24,391 nt of DNA from Bugula neritina (Eukaryota; Animalia; Bryozoa). The stretch lies in contig CAXIUT010000272.1 in the NCBI GenBank assembly GCA_964035545.1, positions 40,529-64,919 on the forward strand, written 5' to 3'. Positions 22,744-24,391 of the stretch are shown here, piece after piece. The notes under the pieces are model-generated. The model had not been told where the DNA came from. It saw only the letters and a list, made by a program, of their open reading frames with translations, and did no database searches. The first letter of the stretch is position 1. Each line of letters begins with the position of its first letter. Position numbers and translations under genes: made by a program.

Positions 22744-23739
22744 ATGAAAATGAAGAGAGAAAGTAATAGATTCAAAATAAGTATTCACAGATGTGACATT
22801 TGTTTGATAAACTTCAACAGGACTAAGAACAAGCCTTTGATTGTTTGCAACAATGACCATACTATATGTCGATAATGTGTATAAAAAATAACACAAAAAC
22901 ATTTGAATTGTCCTTTCTGTAGAGAATCAATCTACAAAAATAAAGTTAAAACTAATCATACTATCTATGATATTCTACCTAAAGATAAATATTAAAACTA
23001 CCTCGTTGATTATAAAGATCAAGAGATTAAGGAAATGTAAGGATAGTAATATGTTATTGAATAAGGAATCAACAGACAAGGGTCTAGCAATAACTTGAGA
23101 TAGATGTTTGATGAATAAATCAACAACATAAGACAATAGTTTTATAATAATTTAAGACGACCAAGAAGTAATCGTAACTCTTCAGTAGATTCGTCTTAAA
23201 GAAATAGAGAAAGAGAACTAAACCTAATAGTTCAATCAAATAACTAATTGAATTAAAGGATATTATATCCCAATAATGACTATCATCGTCACTAATAATA
23301 GTAATAATATGAAAGAATGAAATATTTGAATAAAAAAATATAAAAGATATTGTTTCTTCTTGTTTTTCATCTACCCTTCATTGTAATTAATCTTTTTAAA
23401 GAAGAAACAGACACTATTATTGAATGTCCAGGCTCAGGCCAAAGTATCAATATTTTCAAACTTAGTTCTTGACTGTTTGTGATTGGTCTTATTGATCTTT
23501 TTATAATTTATTTATGCTGGGAATTGACTCCAAACTATCGTCAAACAACACAAGTCAAAGAAAATGGATGTTTTTTAGTCATAGTTATACTTTGGATCAA
23601 GACTGGATTTTGGACTTTGATTTAGTTTGTACTCTTAATAGCTAGAATACTTCTACAATGCTAGGGTTTAATACTAAGATATGCATATTTAATGTTCCTG
23701 TTTAATTTGATTTTAATGTGCGTACTAAAAAATATTTGA
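22744..23739 (+). CDS. RING-finger protein with C-terminal TM helices; in-frame TGA at 23470-23472
   Basis: CDICLINFNRTKNKPLIVCNNDHTICRxCV...CPFCR (C3HC4 RING), a low-complexity linker, then hydrophobic helices on both sides of the internal TGA. The final TGA at 23737-23739 is followed by AT-rich sequence. Confidence 0.75.
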
Positions 23740-23966
23740 TAGATTTATTCATTTATATCAATAATTATAAAAAATATATTTTTAATATATCATCATGGCC
23801 ATAATTAATAATAAACTTTTATAGTTAATTATTTATTGATATTCCAATTTATAAAGCAAATAATTAGATAAGATAGATAGATAATATATCTTAAATATCA
23901 GCATGATAAATAGGTAATATATAAACTAAAATATTAATATTTACTCGATTAAGTTTAGGCAAATAA

Positions 23967-24308
23967 TCATTTCAATTAATTTTCATACTAATTTTCAAAT
24001 ACAGCCAAAAATTAATCTGGCTCAACAGGATCTTCATTATCTTTCGAAATATCATCATCATCCAAGTACTAACTCACCTTGATCTCCTATAAATTGTTTT
24101 CTTCATTTATAGACTACCCTTTATCATCATTAAAAACTTATAAATCATCTTCCTAAACATAATTACCCACTTCTTAAGGAATATAACCATCCTATTCATC
24201 TTATTTAGATATTTTTTCTTTATTATTATCAATTTAATCGTCTTAATACATATATTTTTCCAAGTTATTATCTATCTATGATTCTTATTTATCTTTTTTA
24301 TCATTGAA
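23967..24308 (-). CDS. Acidic ORF, probably the 3' end of a gene truncated by the telomere
   Basis: FNDKKDKEESEIDNNLEKYMYEDDE...DDDDISKDNEDPVEPDEFLAVFENEYENELK-TGA. Open from the telomere junction; the only in-frame ATG is at 24251. Confidence 0.6.
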
Positions 24309-24391
24309 TTGGGGTTGGGGTTGGGGTTGGGGTTGGGGTTGGGGTTGGGGTTGGGGTTGGGGTTGGGGTTGGGGTTGGGGTTGGGGTTGGG
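24309..24391. repeat. Right telomere (TTGGGG)n
   Basis: Perfect array to the last base, ending TTGGG. Confidence 0.98.

Overview
This is AT-rich ciliate macronuclear DNA, not prokaryotic DNA, so the supplied standard-code ORF track is largely misleading. The window carries (CCCCAA)n/(TTGGGG)n telomeres at both ends and a third G-strand telomere tract at 8236-8323. Bases 1-8323 therefore read as a complete three-gene, telomere-to-telomere mini-chromosome, joined to a 16-kb piece capped only on the right. TAA and TAG are sense codons and TGA is the stop. At conserved motif positions TAA/TAG align to Glu (IA-E-TS, I-E-KNxGCNH, LP-EE-DL), i.e. the peritrich-type code rather than the Tetrahymena/Paramecium Gln code. 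Genes by hand translation: a J-like membrane protein lacking HPD; a coiled-coil protein with two 20-nt introns; a ~1.86-kaa DEAH helicase-RBR E3 ligase fusion; two tandem paralogous furin-repeat multi-TM surface proteins; a divergent Sec23-like protein; a TauE/SafE-like transporter; a RING-TM protein with an in-frame TGA; and an acidic ORF that runs into the right telomere. All translations and alignments were done by eye, with no database searches.
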